Below, piece after piece: positions 22,833 to 36,360 of a stretch of 64,000 nucleotides of DNA (the first letter of the stretch is position 1; each line of letters opens with the position of its first letter). Origin of the DNA: Polymyxa betae A26-41 (lineage: Eukaryota > Protista > Endomyxa: Phytomyxea); NCBI GenBank assembly GCA_003693705.1, contig RBZT01000323.1, forward strand, positions 1 to 64,000, written 5' to 3'. Position numbers and translations under genes: made by a program. The notes under the pieces are model-generated. The model saw only the letters and a program-made list of their open reading frames with translations, did no database searches and had not been told where the DNA came from.

Positions 22833-23500
22833 TCATTCTGGTTCTGATTTCGAAGCAAATCTAAGCTTGGATTCGGCCGACATTTTGCTGACGGTTAGTT
22901 TTATCATTCGCGTTCGATGGTGGTCGTTTGCTAATCTCAACAGAATCACAAGCTGGCTCGAGCGCAAATTGGCGATGCCGACTGATCTGGTTTTATTAAT
23001 CGTGCGGTATGGAACAATAACGGAAAGAAATCGGTCGGCAAGCCCCATAATCATAGAATTATCATGAGTGGTTGAGCCACGGACTCCGGACGGAGTGCCG
23101 CCCACCTTGCTGAAGGGACGGTAACTAGGTAAGAACAATCCAACCCAATCTAATCCAAGCCCATATAATCCTGCATAAAGCCTGAATATCGTTATGTAGC
23201 AAGAACGAAAGACTCACAAAAAGTGACAGAAAAATAACTCTACAAACAACGTAACAGCGATAGCAAATCTATTCTTCAGTATCATTCAGCCCTGGGTTTG
23301 TTGGCAGAATATAAGGACTGGAATAATAATGTAGGCTTGAACTGATAACCAATGGATTCGCTGACCATACAAATCGGTGTCGGTTCGCAGCAGAAACGAT
23401 TGTTGGCGTTGTTCCAGCAACCACATGAACATAGAGTCTGACCAGCGAGGCAGGATCCTCCTGAGAATTAAGGCAGTAGAGAAGCACAGCCAATCCGATA
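22833..23500 (-). CDS. Possible small multi-exon membrane protein (hypothetical)
   Basis: Hydrophobic exon-like segments (FAIAVTLFVELFFCHFL; LYAGLYGLGLDWVGLFLP) separated by GT-AG introns. Confidence 0.3.
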
Positions 23501-23694
23501 TAAAACCTCAGGATACTGAGTGGAGATATTGCACTGATTTATTAGGAAGATGCACATATAGACGTTTGATACTTCAAGAATGGTTGACAAGGCAATACGC
23601 ATCAAGCCTGTAGTGACACATGATAGAGAAATCGCGTATGGATAATTTCTGGATAGAGACTACCTTGAATGCTGTAAGCATTATTAGCGCTGAT

Positions 23695-24278
23695 ATGGGT
23701 TATAAGCATTGCTGGGCTCCCAAACGTCGATGGACTCAGGCCGAATGGGACAGCATCATCAAGTTCGTTCGCGCTTCAATCAACGCTGCCAGCTGGGTTA
23801 GGATTGGAGACGCGTCGGGCGCGGAAGAATCCCAGCCGGTTATTCATCAGGATCGCATCGAGCTGAATGGAATCGGTGGAGACGGCTGTACGCCATTCAT
23901 TTTGCATCAAATCAGTTCTGATCCATTGGTAACTGTTTGAAAGCGTTTCACACCAGCTTTCTGATTGTCTTCTTTTGATGAATAGTCAGACATTCCTATC
24001 GTCAATCCGTTCAGCAGCGAATTCCATATGTGTAAAACCCGCTTGCACAAGTACGACGATCTTGTCACCGCAATTTTAGCCGGGGTTGCATATCTGGCTC
24101 CTGATAGCATTATAATCGAATCAGATGGTATGAATCTCACTCAAATCGACCCATAGAGTTTACGAGATGCTTTAAAGGTGCCGAACGTAACTGGGAACAG
24201 GGCCTGAAGTTGGCGTCCAAAATCCTGGGTGAAACAGTCCCATTCCCAATCAAAACTGGAGTCGAACGTCCAACATAA
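23695..24278 (+). CDS. Uncharacterised protein resembling a phage/bacterial MGYTHYW...FCKT..KPYD...SDG family; 2 introns
   Basis: Spliced product MGYKHCW...IELNGIGGDGCTPFIL...FHMCKTRLHKYDDLVTAIL...ESDGAERNWEQGLKLA. Confidence 0.7.
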
Positions 24279-24306
24279 TAATAGTACAGTTTCGAGTTTT
24301 AATTTT

Positions 24307-26066
24307 TTAAGAAAGCAGGTTCTCTACTAGATCATCAGCATCATCGATTTCTCTTAGATATGTCCTTTGCTTGGTGCAACTCACCCATACCATCGTGCAT
24401 AGATATATCACCATGAACACAATGTTTGACAGGAACGTTAGACCTCCAATCAAAGGAATATTAGCAAACAAACTATTGTTGATCTGCCACAGCACTGATG
24501 TTGTGCAACCGTGTCCTACGTCCTCTAATTGGCAAGATCGTATGTTCCCTTCGAAATCGGCCGTTTGTTGGTTGCCAAACGTTGCATAATGAGGTGCAAG
24601 TACCAAGGTTTGAGAGTTGATGGCGAGTAAGAAAAAAATCATGAGCCAAACACCCATGAGCAAAGCGTTGTGCTTTGTTCTTCGGATCTTCATGCTATAA
24701 AGCTAGAGAGATCAATCAGTCGCCGATAACAATAGTTAGAGGCTTACCTTGATAAACAAGAATCGTACTCCTAAGTGAGAGAGACCGGTCAAGGTAGCAG
24801 CAAAGAGGTAGAACATCAACAAAGAAAAGAATATAAGATCAAGAGGAAAATTGTCAGAGGAAAAGAGCAATATCAGGCTAATGGGGTTGGCAAGTAGTTG
24901 ATTGCTTTCAAAACCACATCGAAATCCACATTCCGAGTTCATCACTTTGTCAACCATGCTTATGAGAAGAGAACAGATGATCAGAAAGGATAAACACCCT
25001 AGAAAGCATCCAGCCGCCCTGTTTAGAATTCTGCCAATCCATGAAACTCTTAGAGAACGTTGACGTGGAGTTGCTTGATCGCACACCAGCGCCAATTGTG
25101 ACTGACGATCGCGAAGCTTCGCAATCTCTAACAGCAGATTTTAGAATGCCATCAGTTCAAAGTGCTTGGTATGCCAAACCAAGTCTGTCTGATGGCGGCC
25201 AGAAACTCTCGGGGCGTGACATGTTTCTGGCTTGAAGTGTTTCGATTTCTGCGTTTATCTGTAGCAATTCACCGGTATGCCCAATGTATTCAATGCCAGT
25301 CCATGAAGGCTTGTTTCGTTGAAATAAAACCAAAGGTAGCTCTGCCAAACCATATGCCTATTTCAAATTGTCAGCAAGGCCTTTTGAGGACATAGATCGT
25401 CTTACTGTATACGTCGTATATCCAATCAGACCAACAGCCAGCATGAGGCCCATCAGAGTCGCAATCGCTGATTGTACACGTTCTGATCCAGTCTGACTGG
25501 CAAGTTTTTCAAAATTGGCGCATAAGATCACTAATGTCAGTGTCAAGGCAACTCCCAAAATGCCAAAACTGTATTTTCCAGCCCGCCAAGCTTGCGGAGC
25601 GATTTGGTTGCTTCCATCGTCTTCTTCATACAAGAAGTAGGCGAATGGCAAAAGAAAGAAAGCAAAGATTGCAAGCAGCAAATAAATTCCTGAACCAGCG
25701 TTATGTTAGATTCAATGAGACTTGTTTAAATACCATAGTAGAAAATTCTTATATCCCCCTGTGATTCGGTCATTGGCTGTTTTATAGTGAAAATATCAAT
25801 AGGCAATAGAAACCTGCAAACAGAAAGATTAACTGGAAAGCAGCAGAATGCAAATCCCAAACGCACATTGCGCAGAATGCAATAAACATCGCCAACGAAG
25901 CTATCGCTTTCGTTAAGACACCCTTCTCTGAAGGATCGATATGAAGCTGCACAAAGCAGATACTTGCGCCCAACAGCACCTGCAGTTACCATTGAGAAGC
26001 TGTTATAGCACACAGTAAAGTCGATACCGCAACAGCAGCGGTGCCGACGACCCAAACAAGCATCAT
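24307..26066 (-). CDS. LMBRD1: LMBR1-family membrane protein, LMBRD1-like lysosomal cobalamin exporter
   Basis: FFLLPFAYFLYEEDD, GMAELPL, CGFRCGF, FPLDLIFF, LAPHYATFGNQ. Confidence 0.82.
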
Positions 26067-26531
26067 GTTTGTTTGGTAGCTGGCGACAATCTGGTCTGAA
26101 GAATCTGTCCAATGTCCTCGGGGAGATTACCCTTAAGATATGATGAGCACTGAAGGGGGCCACGCCCGTTTGACGTTACACCGCAGCCTGATCAGACAGG
26201 GAAATTCTCGAGCTACGTTGCGATGGTCATGATCCAGCTAAAGGTAATAGTAGCAGTTGCTTCATTTGAGAGACAAAGCCAAGGGAATCCTGATTTCCTT
26301 GGATTTCTGGCGCATTTTCCAATTTTTGTTTGATGAACGTGTATGAAATCGACCGTTTTGAAGATTTTTGATCTGTACTAAGCGATTTTGTGAAATTCGT
26401 TGGAGTAGTATCTTTTGTTTCTGATGAACATTGGGTTTCATGATGCAGCAGTTGAGGATTTCCAGCGGGCGCACTTGACAGGATTGCAACTTCGAAATTG
26501 GGCAGAGTCGTTTCGGAAATGGATAGGCGAA

Positions 26532-26963
26532 ATGTCATTTGCTGCTGTAATCATTACAGTTGTCGCATTGTTGTCATTATCATCACCAGGAAATCCTGCT
26601 GATATCTTCTCATTGAAATGTTCCAAGACACATTCGTTCACAACTGTCTGTAAGCATCTTACGAAGGCGCCTGTAAATAAAGCTCAGCTTAGCGCGTTCG
26701 ATTTGGAGAGATTGATTATCAGCAAAACCAACCTGGGCTCTGCTGAATGCCGTCACAACTATCGCTCGTTTCTATGTACTGCTTTATCGGAACCGTGTAC
26801 TGAACTATTCGGGAATACAATCCCAATTTGCATGTCGATGTGCACAGACTATATCTCGTCATGCTACTATTTCAACTCGACAGAGGCTACAGATATCTGC
26901 AATGACAATCGCAAGGAACTCAACCTAGCCCTTCCTGACCAGCACTGCTACTCATCAAGATAA
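26532..26963 (+). CDS. Secreted cysteine-rich protein with a Frizzled/folate-receptor-like CRD
   Basis: Signal peptide; ECRHNYRSFLCTALSEPC...ICMSMCTDYISSC; 10 Cys. Confidence 0.75.
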   Translation: MSFAAVIITVVALLSLSSPGNPADIFSLKCSKTHSFTTVCKHLTKAPVNKAQLSAFDLERLIISKTNLGSAECRHNYRSFLCTALSEPCTELFGNTIPICMSMCTDYISSCYYFNSTEATDICNDNRKELNLALPDQHCYSSR

Positions 26964-27498
26964 GCAGCAACTACCTCTAACGTTAATAGATTCGTGATGA
27001 AAACATCCCTAACTGAATAATAAAGATTATTTGCAGATGCAGATGCCTCTTGGCAGACTGTCAGAAAGATCTCGATATTTGCTCGCCTGAAAGCGCCTCG
27101 GTTGCAGGCAACAGCCGCATCGAGTCGGATCTCATTCAATCCCAGCATTCTCACTGCTGGTCAATGTCGGTTCCACAAACACCGACTAACGCTGCATTTC
27201 ACAGACAAAACCGAGATGTTTTAGTCAACAAAATCAGCGCAACTAAATAGATGACTGTTTAGCGGGGTGGGCCCGCCCGTTTCTGCTCTCACTGCCCGAT
27301 ACAGAAGCGATATTCTGGGAACCGCTACCATTAATCCCATTGATCAATCACAGTCTCGCATATTGCACCATTCCGTTCTTCAGCCTCACATCTTTCTATT
27401 GTCATGCGATTTGTATAGAGTGGCCCCGAAAGTAGACATTTTTTTAATTCGGCTGGCCGATATTAGATTATAGAGACCCGTCTAACTAGCTAGAAATT

Positions 27499-30337
27499 AT
27501 GGCTGGAGACAGTGGGCAGAAGCTCGATATGGGCATTGAAGCCAATCAGCTCGAGCTTATTGCCGTTATCACTATTATGGTCACGCTGCTCTTACACTAT
27601 GCTTCAGTAAAGCTCGAACAGGTCTGAGAGTATACTGTTTTTATAAATAATGTATTGGCGTGCTTCTTTTTATTCTTTTCGGCTGATAGGTTTATCTCAT
27701 ATTGTTGTCAGGTTCTGAAAAGGCATAAGCATTTATCAGAAATGCTACATCATTTATATCGAGAGCTGATGGTCCTTGGTCTAATCTCGTTCGGGCTGTT
27801 TGCTGTTGAAAAGCAAAAAGGATCGTCGTTCAGCCATGATACAAAGGAGATTTTCGAGAATATCCATATAATGGTGTTGAACTTTCAAACTTATCTCCAT
27901 CACGTTTTCTAAGCCTGCGAACAGATTTTTTTGATTGCATTTGCCTACACCGTTTTCACTGTGATATTAATGACGGTTTCCGTCCGAATATCAAAATTTT
28001 GGGATGGTGTTGAAGAACAAGACCATGATTATTACTTCAGGCTAAAAGCCCAGTTTGAAGATATTCGCGAAAAGTTCAAAAACATGGGCATTATCTCCAA
28101 GATATTCAGCGTATGCCTGCTGTTTAAGTATGTTCTCCATTAGCAAGTTTCTGCCTTTCGATAATATCCCGTCAGGCATTTTAAATTAGTTGAGCAAGTC
28201 TCATTCCACGATCTCAAGCTTCATTTTGTGCACTCAAACCATCTGCCCTCATCATTCTCCTTCGCCAGATACCTCCGTAAATGCAAGAGTCACGTCTTAT
28301 TGCAATTTGGAGATATTCATCCAGCTTGCTGGATGACTTTGATCATTATTTTGATGTGCGATATGCTGCTAAGAAATTCCATCGCCATTCCTCATGGTAG
28401 TTTGTCAATTGAGCTCAAATTTGGAACATACTGAATTGCTCTCAGATATCATGATTCGAATATGGCAGGTGACTTTGGTAGTTCTCGGGTTTCTTCTCTG
28501 TATCGTTCCCATCGCTGTGCTTGTTAAGACTCGAGCTATTCTCTCAGAAATCATGCTGCATCCAGAAATGATCGATTTCGACCCAGTTGCTGCCAGGTGA
28601 TGGTTTATCTCGTCGTGTTCGTCTCCCGGCTAAATTCTTTTTAGGTATTACATCGACCATTGGAGAGACTCGGAAGATGGGGCTCCAGAGCAATCGTTGT
28701 CGTACGCTTTTGCGGAGAATAGTGTCCAAGGAATTAACATCCATTTCACTGCCGAATCTGCTGCACGACAGGTTGCCAGAACCTTTCAAATAGACCATTG
28801 GGGCCAAAAAAGTGCACATTTGAATGTATGAGAAGCAACATTAACTGATTTCTCATCTAGATTCCAGTGAGTCTACTGTCCCAGCATTTCTAGCGAATCT
28901 GGATCCTGCTTGTCATCTGGAGCAGGACAACGATGCTACTCTGGGTGTCGATGAGCAGCCTCGGCTTGGCAGGGTCCAATCCGTGCGAAATGTCATGTTC
29001 CATCAAATGAATCTATTCTGGTTCAATTCCCATATCTTCATGCTGCGGTAAAGTCAATCTAATCTGCTGTTTAAATTAGTTCGCTTATTGTCTGACAGGC
29101 TGATGCAAGTCTGCCAGTTCTTAGCGGTTTGGTATTTTGCCATTCTGTTCCAATATCACGCACAGTTGATTGGCAAATACTATTTCATGTATCCTTTGGC
29201 TGCAAGTACGTATTTTACAATCTTGGCTGATATGCTATGTTGATCGTCTTGTTATAGTCCCACTGATTGTGCTTCTGACCTGCTTCTCTTGGACATTACC
29301 GGTTTATACGATTATTATCCATGTCGGTCAATTAGTTGATCTTGACATCGTCCTTGAAGCTCGAATGAAAGCATCAAGGCCAGCTCAGGTAACAGCTTCT
29401 CAATCGTCTATTCGATCATTTTAATTAGGGGCTTAGGACCTTACTACTGTGGTTGTTGCTCCAGCTCAATTAAGGCGAACATCGACGTTAATGCTCTTAC
29501 CTAGACGTGAGCGATTGAGGCTTCAGGTATCATCAACTCGGTTGCCGTTTCCCAACATTGACCATGTAATGCAGCTGTCGGTCATTGTATTTGGTGGCAG
29601 ATTCCAAATGGCATTATTCTGGGGCATCCTCATCCAGACCAGCCTGGTGCTCTTCTATTATTTCCCCTCGCTTTCTATTCATTCGTCGATTCCGTATCTG
29701 ACGCTTGTGATCCCGTCATTGTTTTTATTTGAAATGTAATCTTATCTTGTTATGCCGTTTGGCAATTCTAATTGTTGGTCTGCAGGGGTGCAAAATTCTA
29801 CGCTGCGGGTTACAAGTTCTTCAAGAAATCGCACATTGCGCTTTTCGACCTATTTATTGTCCTGTCTACGTTCGCTCTGTCAATTTTACAACTATGCATT
29901 GGTGTGGTGAGTCCTCCAGCTACAGCTATTGTGCTGTTGAGAGTATTCCAAATAATTCGTGCTTCTCGATATGGCAGAATTATGCGGCAGAACCAAGAAA
30001 GCATTTACGAAGGTAGTTACCGCTTGCAGACACTCATCCATCTATGTCGTTAAGAAATCTTTCTCTAGCTAAAATCGGACAAACCGAAATCGAAATGCAA
30101 ATGAAGCGTACGCTGGAGAATTTGGCTTCAGAGCCAAGCCAGCACCGGAAATGGGTTTCGACGGGTTCGAACTCGGACGGCGTCATTGTACAAGACGATT
30201 TCCTTCTCAGGAGGGCTCGAACGTTACCGGCTAGTAGTTCGCCTCAGGCTACCAGGGTTAAGAATTTCAAATTCTCGGCAGGAAATGAGAAGTTTGAGAT
30301 CCCGGTCCAGTCGTTCGTTGTTCGACCTGAGTTATAA
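27499..30337 (+). CDS. MLO-like membrane protein with a C-terminal voltage-sensor-like (S1-S4) domain
   Basis: LYRELMVLGLISFGL, FENIHIMIFLIA, FSFARYLRKC, LFWFNS (MLO motifs); later FDLFIVLSTF (S3) and LLRVFQIIRASRYGRIMR (S4). Confidence 0.75.
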
Positions 30338-30362
30338 ACTTAATATTTGTATCTACCATAAA

Positions 30363-30783
30363 TTAATTGTTCAATTTGAATTTGTGCTTGCACTTGAGAC
30401 ATTCGTAGAAGACCGTCTGACCTTCATCAGCCGATCGCGTCTGCATCGTGTAGAATGACAGCTCGAGGTGACCGCACTCAGGGCAATCTTCTTTCACGAT
30501 TGCCCTCGATTGAGATTCGTCAGCATTAGACAATACAATAGTGTCGGCATTCTTGGAAACAGATTGAGAATCTATCTGTTTAGCAACAGATAACACTGAA
30601 CAGATGCTCAATATCAACGACGACTGAATTTGTGGAAATAAAATTACGTTCCGAGCGGCAGAGAAAACCGCAATCGTAGCACGAGACGTTATCGTCATCA
30701 TCTGGTAACGACATAATCGAATGGCATGTTGGGCAAAATGAAGCAGTTGGAGAGAGTTGCTGGAAGGTCCACTTTAATGCCAT
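30363..30783 (-). CDS. RPA12: RNA polymerase I subunit RPA12
   Basis: FCPTCHSIM...CYDCG; [32 protein letters not shown]. Confidence 0.93.
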
Positions 30784-31725
30784 CAGGATTTCAGCTGACG
30801 ATTGCTCAGAATCGATTGAGATCGCCAGTCCAACGACTCCGTGACGCAAAAATGATCCTTTGATTTTGGTTCCAATAAAGTTTTGTTACCTTTGTTGACC
30901 GCGAGCATTGAGGAATGCTTGTGATAGGTAGCTGTCTATCAGTATCTGAGATAAGTCTGACGTAAATATTCTGAATCGATTTCTGAGATTTAACGATATA
31001 ATACCGAGTCTCGATCTATTTTATGTCAGCGACGATTCGAGCGCGTCCATTCATAGCCATGGGCTCACGGCATCAAATTCGTCGCCATCTTGTAGCCGAA
31101 ACCGAACTGACAGGACGAGCGATAAGCTCAGCAGCGAGTCGTGTCCATTGTTAAACAACAAATCAGTTGTTGTTTATCAAGCGAAGCCTGGTAGAATTCT
31201 AACGGCAATAAAAAACCCATCTTCTGGCGTTTTGTGGTTTTGATGGTGGACTTTCAGAGAGGTTTTGATGATAGCGAAAGATAGCTCTCGCTTTATACAT
31301 TCAGTAATCTGCTCGCAACCGAGTTAAATCACGGAATTTTTTTCTAGTTTTCTGCTGATGGCGGAGGCTAGAAGAATCACGAAACGCGACCGATAATCCT
31401 CCAATGTTCCATACGTTTACGATCTCAAATTGGTAAATCTCAGCATTAACTAGATTGGTTTCATAGAAAGCGTCATTGCAAAACGAAACCTTCAACTTCA
31501 TCGAAACAGCATTATCGGGATACGGCCGTGGACCAGCATGTTTTACTATGCATATGGGAGCCCAATATCAGTACAATGAAGAGAGAGAGACAGTAACAAG
31601 ACTGAGGACGACAGCAGTCTGCTGGAGAGCTCCGCAGTAATCGCCTCCTTCAATCCGAGTGAGTGAAACATACTCACGCTTAACCATTCGCTCGGGGCGT
31701 CCTGCTGCCATTCCAGGCGGTCGCC

Positions 31726-33112
31726 ATGCTGTCCCGCTCCCTAATCCGGCCGCAGGCCCAAGTCGTCTACAACACGACGCTGCGCCTGCTGAGGACGTCG
31801 GCCACGATTAGGAGATCGCCGTTGGTCATGGCGTCCTACCATCATCCCTTACGATCGCATATCCTGTTCGCACAAGCAGCCAATCTGCATATCGTTCGGC
31901 GGTTTTCGTCCTCGTCCGATTCGTCGTCGGAAAAGCAAGGACGATGGGAGCAGGTTAAAGGCGTCTTGCGTCATTATTGGAATGGGTCCAAGCTGCTGGC
32001 TGCCAATGTATCGACGGCTGCAAAACTTGTTCGGAAATCGACTCTTGGCAAAAGACTGACTAGAAGAGAGAGAAGGTTATTGACATTAACAGCTGCTGAT
32101 GTCGCTCGTTTGGTCCCATTCGCCTTCTTTATAATCGTGCCTTTCATGTAAGCAATGTTGATAAGGTAATAGCTATTTTCCAAAAATAATTTTTTGTAGG
32201 GAACTTTTATTGCCCTTCGCCTTAATGTTGTTCCCGAACATGCTTCCATCAACGTTCGAGGACAAGAACAAGAAGGAAGAGAAGATGAAGAAGCAACTGA
32301 AGTTACGAATGGAAATGGCCCAGTTTCTGCAAGAGACGACAGAAATGATGGCGAAAGATCTTGAAAAGCGATCGACCGATTCCGAAGGCGTGAAAGACAA
32401 GGCCGAACGTCTCGTTCGTCTGCTTCAGCGCGTTCGCGAAGGGAAGTACATCACTAATGACGACCTGCACGAGTTGGCGTCGCTCTTCCAGGACGATTTC
32501 ACCTTGGAGCATCTCTCTCGAGATCAGCTTCTGAGTCTGTGCCGATACATGGGCATACCAGCGTATGGGCGAAACTCGCGACTTCAGTACGAGCTGATAA
32601 AGCGATTGGAGGAGATTCGCGAGGACGATCGCCTAATCATTGAAGAGGGCGGCATCAGTACTCTGACGCTGCCGGAATTACGAGCGGCTGCCCAGCATCG
32701 GGGAATGCAGGCCCTGGGTGTCGAAGAGCATGTTTTGAAGGAGAAATTACAGGGCTGGCTGGATCTGTCCTTGAATCAGGCTATCCCGCCTGCTTTGTTG
32801 ATTCTGTCCCGAATATTCACTCTCAATCAGGGCGAGAACCCAGCCAACCTCGAGATGATCAAGGATACGCTTGCGAATCTGGACGACAAGATCGTGGAAG
32901 AAGCCCTGGACGACCTAATCGACGACAACGCGCAGAAACTCGAGGACGTCAAATTCCAACTCGAACTACTGAAAGAAGAAGAAGCCGACGCACAGAGCAA
33001 AACACAGCAAGAGAAAGAACGGAAAGACGGCGACGATGACGACGACGACGAATGTGAACAAGTGGATGCCCAAGCTGATCAGAAATCAAGAGGAAAAACG
33101 AAAATCGAGTGA
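31726..33112 (+). CDS. LETM1: LETM1/Mdm38 mitochondrial inner-membrane protein (1 intron)
   Basis: HYWNGSKLL, LTRRERRLL, RLVPFAFFIIVPFMELLLP, FPNMLPSTF, DDRLI. Confidence 0.95.
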
Positions 33113-33852
33113 GTCCCGAGTCCTATTCTCCCTTTCGAAGGATTTTGGGATAGTGTCCAAGACAGAAAGGGAACATTGTAGAAGAATCTATTAGCAAGTA
33201 AAAGAGCTACGCTTTCCTATTGGAATTTTGTCCGATCTCGCTGATTTTTTTAATTCGGTCGATCATCTTCAGCCGTGCTCGATTTCCACCCACGCCAGTG
33301 TCATAGAAACGCCTATCTGCTCTTCCTCTTGTTGTTGTCGACAGTCGCTCACATTGCGACATGTTTTGCAGCATAGCTCTTCTACGTCCAGTTTGCTATC
33401 GCTTGCCCGTCATCCCATCCTTGTAGGTAAAGAACTCTGCATGATAGTATTCATGCAGTACTCCCTTTCTATTGATCTTCACCTGGAGAAGCAAGCCTTT
33501 TGTAGCTAAGAACGAACTAAATGCTGGTTTTGCTCAACCTTCCCTTCCATCAAAAACTGTTTAGCAAGTTACTGGCTAAAGTGATCTATTGACGAAAGGT
33601 CGGTGTCATTTCATCTTGACGAACCGAACTAATTATCACAGTCTATAGCCGGATATTTCACTGTGATTCAGGAATGCGAAGCGTTCTACGGTCTGAAAAC
33701 CGTAAGCTATGATCTACGTCTGCATAACAGGACTTCATTAGCACATTGGCAGCCACCAAATGGAACATTCTCGCCAGCTATTGTTTACTCAAAGATCTCT
33801 GAGTGGGATATAAGCAAGCTGCATAATGGTTTATGCTTTACAATTAAACAAC

Positions 33853-34458
33853 TTATGCCCTTTTCTTCGGTGATTCCGCCCGCTGCGCTGAGAGCACAGC
33901 AAGCCCCAGCAGCGCCAACGACATGACAGTCGAAACGGTCACTGAGATTACAATGCTATGGAATGTTGTTCGATTATGGAGAATGGGGCCCAGAACGAAC
34001 ATGGAAGATGATAGCAGAGACGTCACCAAGCACATGACAGAATGAGAATGTCTTCGGTAGGAGGTCAAGCTGATGACGACCGCCAGAATGGTGAACAGAT
34101 GAGGGCTGGCTAGAAATGCAGATTCGAAAGCTTCCGGGTCGAATTCATAAGCACGAATCAGACGATACTGCTTGAAGCAGCTGGCGGAGACCGAGTCCAT
34201 TAAGGCCCAGAAGATGGCAAGCAAACGCGGGTTACGAGGCGACAGAATCACCACGCTTAAGAACAAGCCGAGAAGATCACAAAGCCTTGTCGTGACAATC
34301 GACGACGTTGGTAGCAAGGCGATGCGAACCAGCTGGGTGGCGAAGAAGGCGATGGAGCCGGAGAAGGCCAACCTCGGCGTCGACGGTTCGAAATGCTGAA
34401 GCACCAGATGCGGACCGACCGACAGAGCGGCACAGTTTAGGAAATGGAAAAACGTCAT
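33853..34458 (-). CDS. TMEM147: TMEM147 (BOS complex subunit)
   Basis: N-terminus MTFFHFLNCAAL, FFATQLVRI, multiple TM helices. Confidence 0.8.
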   Translation of the reverse strand: MTFFHFLNCAALSVGPHLVLQHFEPSTPRLAFSGSIAFFATQLVRIALLPTSSIVTTRLCDLLGLFLSVVILSPRNPRLLAIFWALMDSVSASCFKQYRLIRAYEFDPEAFESAFLASPHLFTILAVVISLTSYRRHSHSVMCLVTSLLSSSMFVLGPILHNRTTFHSIVISVTVSTVMSLALLGLAVLSAQRAESPKKRA

Positions 34459-34719
34459 TCGAATGTCGGGCTGTCTGGGAATGCTCTGAGAAGGTTTCAG
34501 AAGACAATCTGAGAAAACCGCCGACTTCCGTCTTCCGCTACGGCTACGCAGCGCCCAATAACAGAAGGCGCATTTGTAAAAAACAAACAAAAAACAAAAA
34601 AAATCTGATTGGACGCAGCCTCCTCCCTGCTGTTGAGACATTGTCCTGTTTCATTCTGTATTCGATGTGAGAGACAACTTTGGTGTATTTAAGCGAAATT
34701 AAATCGAAGCCTTTGGCCG

Positions 34720-36290
34720 TCATGTGGCGGGTTCATGCGATCGTTTTTTAGCAGGCGTTGTTGCGCTATTGAGCCAGCTGTAAGCATCTTCGAGCTGGTC
34801 GTCGCCAGGCCCAGATTCAAAGCTGATGATGATGAACGCATTCAGGTCTTTGACGCCGGCCTTATTATCGGCCAGAATTCGGGTGGCGATTTCATTCTTG
34901 GCCCCGCCTGGTACGCTGCCATAATAACTCTTTAATAGACGTTCTTTGACCATGATGACGATAGGCAGATCAGGATGTCTCTTATGGATGTTATCGAAGC
35001 ATAACATGATAAATCGTAGCAAAGAGGCGAGATTTGGAGCGTCCATCACTGATATGATGGCGGCCTTGACGCTTTCTTTCTGGGTCCTGACGATCCATTC
35101 GGCAATGGTATGCTGTTCGGCGCCTTTGCAATTGCTGGAAACTCGGGCTATGAAGACACGATTGATTTCGGATTTTCTTGGCACTTTCCTGGGCAAAAGG
35201 CTTCGAAGAAGATCGCGAACTCGAATGCAGGGCGATAATGTGAGCTTCGCCTCGGTCGTCGTCATGTATAGACCACCAATCGGGTCTGTTAGATCACCTT
35301 GCCTGAAATTCGTGCACAAGGCTGTTTGCATTTTGCCAAGATGATACAACGATCTGGAAGGTGAAAGCGTGTACTGCTCGAATACCAGCAGCTTCCCATC
35401 GTTTTGGTTCTGTATTTTCTGATTCAGATTCTTACGTAAACTGTGCCTTGCTCTACCAACGCTCTTGAACAGTTTCGTAAAACGCTCCATACTCGCCGGC
35501 TACGAACTCGCTTGGTCGATATGCCTTGTTCGGCGTCTCGTCGTTTTGAAAGATGTGGTACTGGACTTGAGCGATGGTCCGATTGACTTTTCCGATTTCC
35601 GATTGGCCACAATTTTGGAAGAAATGATCCTTAGAAATTCCGCATCATAGTCACTGTTCGGTAGCATTCGAAATTGACGATTGAAGCGAAGTTCTTTGTT
35701 GAAATGTTTAATTACAAGAATCGTCACGGTTTGCAAACGCTTTCCTGAAATTTGCCTGCGTTAGTATGGCTCTTCGCGAAATCCTCTCTCTTGAGGATTC
35801 TGCAATCTCTTCACGATAGACTGAATCGACGGGGTTCGAACATTATCAAAACATAATCAACAGGAGTCTACTGTATGAGCACATACCTACTTCCATTGTT
35901 TCAGAGCTGGCAGTATCCCACCCTGTTAGGAAATGACACGGTTGCTCGGCCCTTTCTGTACGACCACGATGACCTTCGAGAAGCTAAGAGAGGCTTGATC
36001 AGGGACTCGACCCAGGACCTTATCGGTTCAAGTTCCCCTACTGATGAATTATATAACATCCAAATTCGTACGCTGTTGTTCAAAAATTGGCATCGCTCCT
36101 GTAATAGGGCTGTGTTGAAGTCAGTGATCCCCATCTCGGTGTAGTCTTCTCGAAGTTTTCTCGGGCGTTTCCTGTTGTTGTTTGCATCGCAATCGGAATC
36201 GGTGCGGTTTGGATCAGCTCAGATGATAAGCAATGAAGTTGATAGAGAGAATCAATGAAGAATCAGAAACCAATCGGCTAACTGTCATGA
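34720..36290 (-). CDS. Hypothetical multi-exon protein
   Basis: Consecutive minus-strand ORFs 34720-35490, 35500-35736 and 35901-36134 with intron-like gaps; RKRPRK NLS-like motif; start uncertain. Confidence 0.55.
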
Positions 36291-36360
36291 AAAGTCATTC
36301 GATAGGGCGAATCGCATATTGAATCTCGGAACAAAGCGGCCCCAGCGTTCACTATTGCCG

